Assembly: GCF_030028105.1 (NCBI RefSeq)
Contig: NC_092387.1
Coordinates: forward strand, 55,561,590-55,625,589
Source: Mobula birostris
Lineage: Eukaryota
DNA length: 64,000 nucleotides
Direction of reading: 5' to 3'
Shown: positions 50,141-61,777 of the stretch, piece by piece
Position numbering within the stretch: position 1 is the stretch's first letter
Layout: every line of letters starts with the position of its first letter
Program-made: the position numbers and the translations under genes
The notes under the pieces: model-generated
Database searches by the model: none
Seen by the model: the letters and a program-made list of their open reading frames with translations, nothing else
What the model was told of the DNA's origin: nothing

Positions 50141-51095
50141 GTTGCTTGAAGCAGCACCAAGTAAGACAAGGAGATCAAGGAAGAATATTTCCTGTTAATC
50201 AGGACTTTTGGAGCAGGTTTGGGAAAGGGTCCTGGAACTTTCAAAAGCAATTCTTCTTGGGACTTCTGACAATCCAGATGCAGTTCTTAAAGGAGTCCAT
50301 CTCTTTGGTAAGAATCAATCTTTGTCATTGTTCTAATCACCCCAAACCTTATTCATCCCACCAGTCAGTGCCGCTATTTTGGGGATCAGTAGTCAGAAAA
50401 TAGCAGGCACCCTGGCAAGGAACAGGGGGTGTTCAAGCCCAGAGCCAAAAATCGCACCGGCTCAGAACTGTGCAGCGAGTTTGTAGAACTTCAGGGAAGT
50501 GTAAATTCCACTCTTAAATCATCCAGTGTGTCACAGAGAGTAGAACCAGGTGACAGATCAACAGACCTATGATCTCAAGTCGTGTGTGAAGCCTGTATAA
50601 TGTTAGGGTATCTCTCATCTGTTCTGGGAAACTGGTTTGAACATGGGGCAGAAGCTATTATGCCAACACTATTCGACCTTGTTCCTAATAGTGCCAAAGT
50701 TATGGCTACATCTGGTTCAGCAGCCATCAGATTAATTGTTCCACATGTGCACTTCCATAGATTAATACCTATTATCTCAAGCAACTGTGCACCACAGTCT
50801 GTGGCAGTTCGGAGGCGTTCATCTGAATTTTTGGAAAGGTTGCTGCTGGAATGGCAAACACATTAGAAAAACATTCATCACTTCTGGCTGAAACATTAAA
50901 GAAGGGTATCCATGATTCTGATTCAGGAGTTAGACTAGAAGCTTGAAAAGTATATTGGGATTTTCACAAACCACTTTAGCAGAGAAGCTGAAATGTTGTT
51001 CAATTGATTGGAACTTGCCTATCAGAAGCCCCTGGAGTCCCAACTGAAAAATTCAGACAGCATTGTGTCTTTGCCTCAATCTGATCATTCGTCAT

Positions 51096-53596
51096 GATGG
51101 GTGACTTCAATCTACATGTAGATTGGGTGAACCAAATTGGTAAAGGTGCTGAAGAAGAGGATTTCTTGGAATGTATGCGGGATGGTTTTTTGAACCAACA
51201 TGTGAGGAACCAACTAGACAGCAGGCTATTCTAGACTGGGTTTTGAGCAATGAGGAAGGGTTAATTAGCAATCTTGTCGTGAGAGGCCCCTTGGGTAAGA
51301 GTGACCATAATATGGTGGAATTCTTCATTAAGATAGAGAGTAACATAGTTAATTCAGAAACAAGGGTTCTGAAGTAAAAAGAGAGGTAACTTTGAAGGTA
51401 TGAGACGTGAATTAGCTAAGATAGACTGGCGAATGACACTTAAAGGGTTGACGGTGGATATGCAACGGCAAGCATTTAAAGATTGCATGGATGAACTACA
51501 ACAATTGTTCATCCCAGTTTGGCAAAAGAATAAATCAAGGAAGGTAGTGCACCCATGGCTGACAAGGGAAATTAGGGATAGTATCAATTGGAAAGAAGAA
51601 GCATACAAATTAGCCAGAAAAAGTGGCTCACCTGAGGACTGGGAGAAATTCAGAGTTCAGCAGAGGATGACAAAGGGCTTAATTAGGAAGGGGAGAAAAG
51701 ATTATGAGAGAAAACTGGCAGGGAACATAAACACTGACTGTAAAAGCTTTTATAGATATGTGAAAAGAAAAAGATTGGTTAAGACAAATGTAGGTCCCCT
51801 ACAGACAGAAACAGGTGAATTGATTATGGGGAGCAAGGACATGGCAGACCAATTGAATAATTACTTTGGTTCTGTCTTCACTAAGGAGGACATAAATAAT
51901 CTTCTAGAAATAGTAGGGGACAGAGGGTCCAGTGAGATGGAGGAACTGAGCGAAATACATGTTAGTAGGGAAGTGGTGTTAGGTAAATTGAAGGGATTAA
52001 AGGCAGATAAATCCCCAGGGCCAGATGGTCTGCATCCCAGAGTGCTTAAGGAAGTAGCCCAAGAAATAGTGGATGCATAAGTGATAATTTTTCAAAACTC
52101 TTTAGATCCTGGACTAGTTCCTGAGGATTGGAGGGTGGCCAATGTAACCCCACTTTTTAAAAAAGGAGGGAGAGAGAAACCGGGGAATTATAGACCGGTT
52201 AGCCTAACATTGGTGGTGGGGAAACTGCTAGAGTCAGTTATCAAAGATGTGATAACAGCACATTTGGAAAGCAGTGAAATCATCGGACAAAGTCAGCATG
52301 GATTTGTGAAAGGAAAATCATGTCTGACGAATCTCATAGAATTTTTTGAGGATGTAACTAGTAGAGTGGATAGGGGGAACCAGTGGATGTGGTATATTTA
52401 GATTTTCAAAAGGCTTTTGACAAGGTCCCACACGGGAGATTAGTGTGCAAACTTAAAGCACACGGTATTGAGGGTAAGGTATTGATGTGGATAGAGAATT
52501 GGTTGGCAGACAGGAAGCAAAGAGTGGGAATAATCGGGACCTTTTCAGAATGGCAGGCAGTGACTAGTGGGGTACCGCAAGGCTTAGTGCTGGGACCCCA
52601 GTTGTTTACAATATATAATAATGACTTGGATGAGGGAATTAAATGCAGCATCTCCAAGTTTGCGGATGACACGAAGCTGGGCGGCAGTGTTAGCTGTGAG
52701 GAGGATGCTAAGAGGATGCAGGGTGACTTGGATAGGTTAGGTGAGTGGGCAAATTCATGGCAGAAGCAATTTAATGTGGATAAATGTGAAGTTATCCACT
52801 TTGGTGGCAAAAACAGGAAAACAGATTATTATCTGAATGGTGGCCGATTAGGAAAAGGGGAGGTGCAACGAGACCTGGGTGTCATTATACACCAGTCATT
52901 GAAAGTGAGCATGCAGATACAGCAGACGGTGAAAAAGGCGAATGGTATGCTGGCATTTATAGCAAGAGGATTGGAGTACAGGAGCAGGGAGGTACTACTG
53001 CAGTTGTACAAGGCCTTGGTGAGACCACACCTGGAGTATTGTGTGCAGTTTTGGTCCCCTAATCTGAGGAAAGACATCCTTGCCATAGAGGGAGTACAAA
53101 GAAGGTTCACCAGATTGATTCCTGGGATGGCAGGACTTTCATATGATGAAAGACTGGATGAACTAGGCTTATACTTGTTGGAATTTAGAAGATTGACAGG
53201 GGATCTGATTGAAATGTATAAAATCCTAAAAGGATTGGACAAGCTAGATGCAGGAAGATTGTTCCTGATGTTGGGGGGGTCCAGAACGAGGGGTCACAGT
53301 TTGAGGATAAAGGGGAAGCCTCTTAGGACCGAGATGAGGAAAAACTTCTTCACACAGGGAGTGGTGAATCTGTGGAATTCTCTGCCACAGGAAACAGCTG
53401 AGGCCACTTCACTGGCTATATTTAAGAGGGAGTTAGATATGGCCCTTGTGGCTAAAGGGATCAGGGAATATGGAGGGAAGGCTGGTACAGGGTTCTGAAT
53501 TGGATGATCAGCCATGATCATACTGAATGGCGGTGCAGGCTCGAAGGGCTGAATGGCCTACTCTTGCACCTATTTTCTATGTTTCTATGTTTCTAT
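51096..53596 (+). mobile_element. Young 5'-truncated CR1 LINE (endonuclease end + RT) inserted in the CLASP1 retrocopy
   Basis: GDFN, KSPGPDGLHP, NYRPVSL, YLDFQKAFDKVPH, GVPQG and FADD motifs. (TTTCTATG)n tail. GTCAT duplicated at 51091-51095 and 53597-53601. Confidence 0.95.
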
Positions 53597-54769
53597 GTCA
53601 TTTAGTTCTCAAGAAAGCCTACGTTGGCCCCTGTCCACGAAGTGGAGTCCAACTGGAAGTACAGTACCACGAGCCTCTACAGTTTGTATCCACCACGGGT
53701 GCTCTGCTACGCTCTCGCATTGATGTTGATATGAATGCAGCTGCTAACGCCAAGTCACGTTTTACTGCAACTCCGAGCAACACGCCCGGACATTTTAGCT
53801 CGGCTTCAGCTTTACCTCCAGGATCCGATGTTTCCCTAGGTCGGGTGCGGTCTAGTTGCCAGGGCGCTGGGAGCGCAACCGGTGTTGCCAGCACACCCTC
53901 TGATACCAGAGGACGCAGCAGAGCTAAAGTAGTTTCACCGTCCCAACTGGGAAGCAGATCAAGTTCACCTGGTAAGCTCCTCTGTGACGCTTACTCCGGC
54001 ATGAGCAGTGGACCTCAGAAGGTTTCGTTTGCACCACAAGGATCCGAGAAACGGAGCAAGATCCCCCACAGTCAGGGATGCAGTAGGGAAGCTAGTTCCG
54101 ACAGGTTGGGATTAGATCGATATGGGCTTGGACAGGCTGGTCGTTTACCCGTCACTGTAAATGCCATGAGGATCCTGAACACAAGCACAGAAGTGGAAGC
54201 TGCAGTTCCAGATGCCTTGAAAAAACCTATAAGGAGGCGATACATTTATCCTGATGATGACACCAACAGCGATGTTTCTAGTGCTTGTTCAGAACGATCT
54301 TATGGCTCCAGAAATGGAGGTATTCCACACTACTTGTGTCAGACAGAAGATGTGGCAGAGGTCGTAAACCACTGTGCCAGCTCAAATTGGTCCGAAAGGA
54401 AAGAAGGGCTTGTAGGCCTTTGAAATCTATTAAAAAGTCAGAGAACGTTAAGCCGTGTTGAATTGAAGCGTTTGTGTGAAATCATCACTCGTATGCTTGC
54501 AGATCCTCATAGCAAGAGAGTATTCAGCATGTTCTTGGAGAAGCTAGTAGATTTCATCATAATCCGTAAAGAAGGTCGACAGGATTGGCTGTTCGTACTG
54601 TTGACTCAGTTTTTAAAGAAGATGGGGGCTGATTTGCTTGGTTCTGTGCAAGCCAAAGGTCAGAAGGCACTAGATGTCACCAGAGAGTCTTTCTCATTTG
54701 ATCAGCAATTCAATATTCTAATGTGATTTATTGTGGATCAAACACAAATGCCTAATCTCAAGGTGAAAG

Positions 54770-56167
54770 TGTCACAAAGGCGGGGCATTAGGAGCAAGGG
54801 TGGACCCAAATGCAAGACACATCTTGTGAGGTTACTTAGATTTAGTTTATTGTTCGATACCATGAGAGCTAGACAGGAGCAGGAGTAGTGAACTGGACAA
54901 GGACTCAGGACTACTACTAGGCTGGGACTAGGGGTCTGGGCTAGGACTCGGAATTGGATCCCAGAACTAGAGGAGACATTAAGTGGCTAGGGTATGGACT
55001 CCGAGCTAGAGATGGGCAAGGACCCAGTACCTGGGTCTTGCCTCGGGCTCGGACCCCAGAACCAGGCATGGACATGACATGGGCTAGGGAGAGGAGGAAC
55101 ATGGAAAACAGAGCCTCAGTCTTGGGACAGCAGGTATATGGAACCATGGACACATACACAGAGCACAGAGTCGGGACCCCTCCTTGGGTACAGGGCATAG
55201 GGCCGGGACTCACAGACAGAACAGAGAGCCGGGACCCCTCCTTGGGTACAGGACATAGGGCCGGGACTCATGACCCTCCGCGGGGCAACGGCAAGACGGC
55301 CTGACTTACCCCTCGGAGGCAAGGACAAGACAAGACAGAACATGACCCCCCGCGGGGCAACGGCAAGACGGCCAGACTTACCCCACGGAGGCGAGGACAA
55401 GACAAGACCAACACGAATGAACACCAGACAGTACCTACCTAGCTCCGGCGATGGAACTAGGCCGAAGTGCAGGCGGGGGCTGCAGATGAGGGCTAGAGAC
55501 GAGAGGGGCAGAGAAGGGATTCAGACAAGGGGGTAGGACAGGAATCACAGACCGCCAGGGCCAGGACTTGACCCAGAACTGGGAAGCCACCAGGGCCAAG
55601 ACTTGACATGGTACTTGAATGCCACCAGGACCAGGACTTGAGTTGGTGCTAGAATGCCGCCAGGGCCAGGACTTGACTTGGTGCTAGAATGCCGCCAGGG
55701 CCAGGACTTGACTTGGTGCTAGAATGCCGCCAGGGCCAGGACTTGACTTGAAGCCTCTGGGTAGTGACGAGCTCTCGACTCGGCCCGGGAACAGTAGACA
55801 GTGGCTCCTGATTCTCTCCGGCGGGTTAACTGACGGACCCACCATGACGAGGAAACTTTGCAGGCTCCCTTTGGCGAGGTAACTGGACAGGGTTGCTCTG
55901 GTGAGGAAAGGTGAATTACCGGCACTCGCTTTGGCAGAGACTAGGCTTGCTCCGGCCACATGACATCGGCACACCATGCCTTTGATGACTTTGCAGAGGC
56001 TCCCGCGCCGGATGGCTGAAAGCCGGAGACTATAAACTACTGGTTCAGCCGAGCGTTAATTGCCTCTAATCACCAAAGTCAAGGGACATGGGAAAACAGG
56101 GAATCAACGGTCCGGATCGTAACATAAACAAGGTAAATTTAAAGGGACCCCGATCCGGACCATGACA
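54770..56167 (-). mobile_element. 1398-bp solo LTR inserted in the CLASP1 retrocopy
   Basis: TGTCA...TGACA termini with a perfect 5-bp TSD GAAAG (54765-54769, 56168-56172). AATAAA on the minus strand at 54846-54851. Internal tandem repeats include a 35-bp unit at ~55550-55750. Confidence 0.9.
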
Positions 56168-56955
56168 GAAAGTTGCTACTTTGAAGTACATTGAGAGGCT
56201 GGCCAGGGCAATGGACCCAGCAGATTTTGTTAATTCTAGTAAGACTTGCCTTGCTGGGTCCCATATCATAACCTGGATAACTGAACCAAAGAGCTCTGAT
56301 GTGAGGACAGTGCACAGTGGGTTGAGTGATGAGAGGTTGGCCAGGTCCTGTTCGAACACCTCTGGGCCTGGTGAAATTGACCTGGAAGAAAAGTGTAAAC
56401 AGGATGCGCAGGTCGTGTTGATTTCTCTGTTCGAGCTGAACACTCCTGAGTTCATTATGTTACTTGATGCTTGGCCAAAAACCTTCCAAGATGGTGCCAA
56501 CAAGCTCCTTTATCATCATTTGAAGAACTCCAGCAATACTAGTGTGAGTTCACCCAGCAACACAATGGGGCGCGCACCTTCACGGCACTCCAGCAGTCAA
56601 ACAAGCCCTCTTACTTCACCTACAAATTGTTCGCATGGTGGTCTTTCTCCAAGCACTGAAAACCTTAACTCCGATGGATCCCTTCGTGGGGTCACGCAAG
56701 CCATCCAGAATTTTAGTTTCCGCAGTCAAGAGGACTTGAATTAAACGAGATGGGAAGAAGGACTGTGATGTACTGTGAGATGGAGGAAGTGCATCGCCAT
56801 CCTCTGATTTTCATGGTGAGCCTATGGAGGGAGGAAGAACAGCTCTTGACAACAAGACATCTTTGCTCAACACTCCACCACCACGGTCTTTCTCTGGGCC
56901 TCAGACTCGAGAGTACAATCCTTACAATTACTCAGGTACAATCAATGCGTTTGAC

Positions 56956-57341
56956 TGAGGATGAGAGGTGACCTGATAGAGGTGTACAAGATGATGAGAG
57001 GCATTGATCGTGTGGATAGTCAGAGGCTTTTTCCCAGGGCTGAAGTGGCTAGCACGAGAGGGCACAGTTTTAAAGTGCTTGGAAGCAGGTACAGAGGAGA
57101 TGTCAGGGATAAGTTTTTTACGCAGAGAGTGGTGAGTGAGTGGAATGAGCTGCTAGCGACGGAGGTGGAGCTGGATACGATAGGGTCTTTTAAGAGACTC
57201 CTGGATAGTTACATGGAGCACAGAAAAATAGAGGGCTATGGGTAACCCTAAGTAATTTCTAAGGTAAGGACATGTTCAGCACAGCTTTGTGGGCCGAAGG
57301 GCCTGTATTGTGCTGTAGGTTTTCCATGTTTCTATGTTTCT
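56956..57341 (+). mobile_element. CR1 3' fragment truncating the CLASP1 retrocopy
   Basis: MRGDLIEVYKMMRGIDRVDSQRLFP motif with a (TTTCTATG)n tail. Confidence 0.85.
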
Positions 57342-57895
57342 AACCTGCTCATGAAACTCTTCCCCAATACACTGTGTAAAGTACCTCAGACTGTGGCCTG
57401 ATCCCCAGCTCTGTGCGAAGGCTGCTTTCCCAATGATGGATGCAGGAGGGGCAGATATGGCCAGCGAGGTCACACATGCAAACTTGGACCACAGATGGAT
57501 CACCAGCACCAGAGACCAGTGAAGGCGAGGAACCAGTGGCCCCGGGACAAATCAGATGCTTAAACTGAAAAAGAATGAAGGGCTGTGTTAAAGGCTTCAG
57601 CACAAGAAGATGCTGGAAAGGCAGAGCAACACATGCAGAAATCTGGAGCAACTCAGCAGGTCAGGCAGCATCTCTGGAGGGGAATAAATAGTCGACATTT
57701 TAGGCTGAGTCCCTTCATCAGAACTGGAAAGGAAGGTGGTAGAAACCATGAATAAGAAGATGGAACTACTGTAAGTTCCTGCTTCTTGTTACTTAATAAG
57801 TACAGTGACTCCCATGTCCCATTTCATATGCTGATAGCTGTAATGTGAGCACAGGGTGAGAGCTGTTGCATAGGGTAATACAGTACTTACATTTC

Positions 57896-58608
57896 ATAAA
57901 CTCAACATCAGTAAGACACAGGAGATGGTGATGGACTTTAGGAAGACTAAGCCAACACTGCTCCCTGTTACTATCAATGGTGAGGATGTGCATATAATGA
58001 GGACCTACAAGTACCTGGGGGTGCACCTGGATGACAGGCTTGAGTGGAGCACCAACACAAAGGCTGTGTACAAGGGCCAAAGTCACCTCTACTTCCTGAG
58101 GAGACTGAAGTCCTTTGAAGACTCCAAACCTCTCCTTCACATGTTCTACCAGTCTGTTGTCGCAGAGCAATCTTCTATGCAGTCATGTGCTGGGGCAACG
58201 GCATCACCACAGGGTTGCCAACAGGCTCAATAAACTGGTAAGAAAGGCTGGTTCTGTTGTAGGAGTCAAACTGGACACGCTGGAGGCTGTGGTAGAACAA
58301 AGGACCCTACGGAAAATCCTGGCAATTCTGGACAATGTTTCTCACCCTCTGCATGACACCTTGGCTGAAAAGAGGAGCACTTTTAGTAATAGACTAAGAC
58401 AACTGTGCTGCTCCAAAGAGTGCTACATGAGGTCATTCTTACCCTCAGCCATTAGGTCTATAATGAAGTTATGACCCCCTCTGGTTAGACTGTTTGAGGT
58501 AACTTATTTTTTTTCTTTCTTACTTCTCTTCTCATATTTGTATATCTGTGCACTTGTTATGTTACTGTGACACTGTAATTTTCTTTGGGATCAAAAAAGT
58601 ATTTATAT
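57896..58608 (+). mobile_element. Rex/Babar LINE 3' fragment
   Basis: EMVMDFRK...YKYLGVHLDDRLEWS...LYFLRRLKSF motifs. Confidence 0.85.
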
Positions 58609-59580
58609 AAGCATGAAAGATTTGGCAGATGCTGAAAAGCTTGAGCAACACATGTGAAATGCTGGATGAACTCAGCAGGTCAGGCAGCATGTATGGGGAG
58701 AAATAAAGAGTCAGCGTTTTGGGCCGAGACCCTTCATCAGGACTGGAAAGTAAGGGGGAAGAAGCCAGAATAAGAAGGTGAGGGAAAGGGATGGTGTACA
58801 GGCTGAGCAGGTGATAGAGGAGACCTGTTTCAATGTACATGACAAATAAAGCAGTTTATAAATGTACTCAATGTCAGTGAGCTCTCTTGTTTTGTTTTTC
58901 TTTTAGGAGAGCAGAGAACTGGTGCTGGAAAGTTGGGAGTATGAGAGTGAGGTGGCCCCGTCCCAGGCCACTGGCTCCCTGACCTCAGGAGACCTGGCTG
59001 AAATCAGCTCCTTCTCCTCCAAAACCTCTAGCTTACTGAGTGCCTCCACTACCTTATCTGCTTGCATCATTCCCCTGGTGGTCCATTCCAGACACCCACC
59101 ACTCTCTGTGGAAAGCCCCTATAAACTCCTTCCTCCTCTCATCTTGAATGCATGTTCTCTATGTCTTATTTTGGAGAAAATTAAAAGTCGAACCTTTGAA
59201 CCTATGAAGGGGATCTCCCCCTCCAACTTTCAAATCCCTTACTCACTCTTCCTTCAGTTAGTCCTGACGAAGGGTCTCGGCCTGAAACATCGACTGTACC
59301 TCTTCCTAGAGATGCTGCCTGGCCTGCTGCGTTCACCAGCAACTTTTATGTGTGTACCAAGGTATTTGTCTAGAATCATACCAATATACCACTAGAGGGC
59401 ATATTGAACAACTGCATATACATACTTTGGCCACTAGGAAGCATATTAAACTGTTACATGCATTTGAGAACTACTTAAAATTCAAGTAGATAGTTAATTG
59501 TTAAACTGCAAGAAAATAACAATTAAGTAGTTGGATCCAATACTGTGTTATCCGAAGCAACAATGTCAACTGCTGGTGTG

Positions 59581-59593
59581 GTTGCTAGGTAAC
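59581..59593. promoter_or_regulatory. RFX X-box-like motif
   Basis: GTTGCTAGGTAAC imperfect palindrome in non-repeat sequence. Confidence 0.4.
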
Positions 59594-60342
59594 CGTGACT
59601 ATGATTCCACCACTGATCTTTAGAACAATGGCCACCCTGTTTAACCTCGTCTCTGCCCTGTAGACAGGCTGTGAGTTCTGAATTTGCTGCAGATGTTTCG
59701 ATATGGTTTGGAAGAGTGAATCACTGTGTTGTGAAGTTTCTGCTCCTGTACGCGGAGAGTTTTATTTGCTTCACTGTTCATTTCTCTGCAGATCCAAATT
59801 GGGTTCCCTGAGAGTGGAGTTCATAGCCCATCAACTGCAGGAGTTAGAACTCTGGAACAACAGCAGCAAAAGCTGCAAACACTCATTGACTTTCCTCGGT
59901 GGGTGCAGGTCAAGGTGGGGTTAACCCATTGGTCAGTGATGGAAGTGTGCTTTCAGTGTTGCTGAGCTCCTTCACCAGTCCTTCCCACCACCCCATAAAT
60001 CATCTGCCTTATGCACTTGTCCAGCTTCCACTTCTGCCTCTATGGGATGTGATTCCATGTTCTCCCCTCCTCCAATGAGAAGGAGATATTCCTCAATTCC
60101 CAAGGAGAATCATTGGCAAGGCTGTCTTATTACTGATCAGCCTCAAGTGGAAATGTCCTGCCTTTGGCTGTCCCTCCCTGGGGAAGGAGTGTTGGATTCT
60201 TTCTAAGTCCAAGCCCAAGAAGGAATACTGGAATCCTTTCCCCTCCACCACCACCACCCCCGCACACCACAGTCTTATTCTGGATCCAACAAGGCAGATG
60301 CAGCATGGATTCAGCAAAAGCAGGTCCTCGATAGGCAAAATC

Positions 60343-61777
60343 CAGGTCCTGGATATAAGCAAAAGACAGCTAACTATAGGCCAGTTAGCTTGACATCTGT
60401 AGTTGGGAAAATGAAAGAAGCTATCTCTAAAGAAGAAATAATGAGGCATCTGGAAAGAAATAGATCCACCAGGCAGACACAGCATGGATTCAGCAAAAGC
60501 AAGGTCCTGTTTGACAAACTTACGTGAGTTCCTTGAAGATATAACAAGTGCAGTGGATAGAGGGGAACAGATGGACGTTATTTACTTGGATTTCCAGAAA
60601 GCGTTCGATAAGGTGCCATATTAAAGACATATCCTTAAGATTAGGAGGCATAGAGTTGGGGGTGATACATTAGCATGGATAGAGAATTGGTTAACCAATA
60701 GAAAGCAGAGAGTTGGGATACATGGGTGTTACTCTGGTTGGCAATCAGTGGTGAGCGGTATGTCAAGGGGTTGGTGCTGGGCCTGCAACTGTTCATAATA
60801 TACACTAATGATCTGGAAGAAGATACTGAGTGAAGTGTATCTAAGTATGTTGATGATACTAAATTGAGTTGAAAAGCAAATTGTGCAGAAGATATGGAGA
60901 GTCTGCAGAGAGATATAGATAGGTTAAGTGAGTGGGCAAGGGTCTGGCAGATGGAGCACAATGTTGGTAAATGCGAGGTCATACACTTTGGAAGGAAAAA
61001 TGGAAGAGCAGATTATTATTTAAATGGTAAAAAAATTGCAGCATGCTGCTGTGCAGAGGGACTTGGGAATGCTTGTGCATGAATCACAAAAGATTGGTTT
61101 GCAGGTACAGAAGGTTATCAACTAGGCAAATGGAACACTGGCCTTCATTACTCGAGGGATTGAATTTAAGAGCAGGGAGGTTATGCTGCAACTGTACAGG
61201 GTACCAGTGAGGCTGCACCTGGAGTACTGTGTGCAGTTCTGGTTTCCTTACTTGAGGAAGGATATACTGGCTTTGGAGGCAGTGCAGAGGAGGTTCACCA
61301 GGATGATTCCAGAGATGAGACAGTTAGACTATGAGGAGAGATTGAGTTGCCTGGGACTGTACTCACTGGAATTCAGAAGAGTGAGAGGAGATCTTATAGA
61401 AACGTATAAAGTTATGAAAGGGATAGATATGATAGAGGCAGGAAAGTTGTTTCCATTGGTAGGTAAGACCAGAACTAGGGGACAGAGCCTCAAGATTTGG
61501 GAGTAGATTTAGGATAGAGATGAAGAAGAACTGCTTTCTCAGAGAGTGGCGAATCTGTGGAATTCTCTGCCCAATAAAGCAGTGGAGGCTACCTCAGTAA
61601 ATATATTTAAGACAAGTTTGGACAGATTTTTGCATAGTAGGGGAATTAAGGGTTATGGGGGAAAAGGCAGGTAGGTAGAGATGAGTCCATGGCCAGATCG
61701 GCCATGATCTTATTGAATGGCGGAGCAGGCTTGACAGACCAGATGGCCTACTCCTGCTCCTATTTCTTATGTTCTTA
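60343..61777 (+). mobile_element. CR1 LINE RT fragment (decayed)
   Basis: NYRPVSLT, YLDFQKAFDKVP and LHLEYCVQFW motifs plus a CR1 3' tail. Confidence 0.9.

Larger units (their letters stand above)
50564..56955 (+). pseudogene. CLASP1: Processed pseudogene of CLIP-associating protein 1, in three segments (50564-51095, 53597-54769, 56168-56955)
   Basis: Intronless TOG2 (DL*SQVVCEACIMLGYLSSVLGN...EWQTH), S/R-rich SxIP region (SEKRSKIPHSQGCSRE), TOG3 (HCASSNWSERKEGL...DQQFNILM, KYIERLARAMDP) and SPLTSPTNCSHGGLSP. Multiple stops and frameshifts. The reading frame rejoins across both TE insertions. Confidence 0.95.

Noticed and set aside
53527-54423. 298-aa ORF as a CR1-CLASP1 fusion protein
   Set aside because: Chance in-frame join of a CR1 3'UTR to a pseudogene segment that is bounded by stops and frameshifts.
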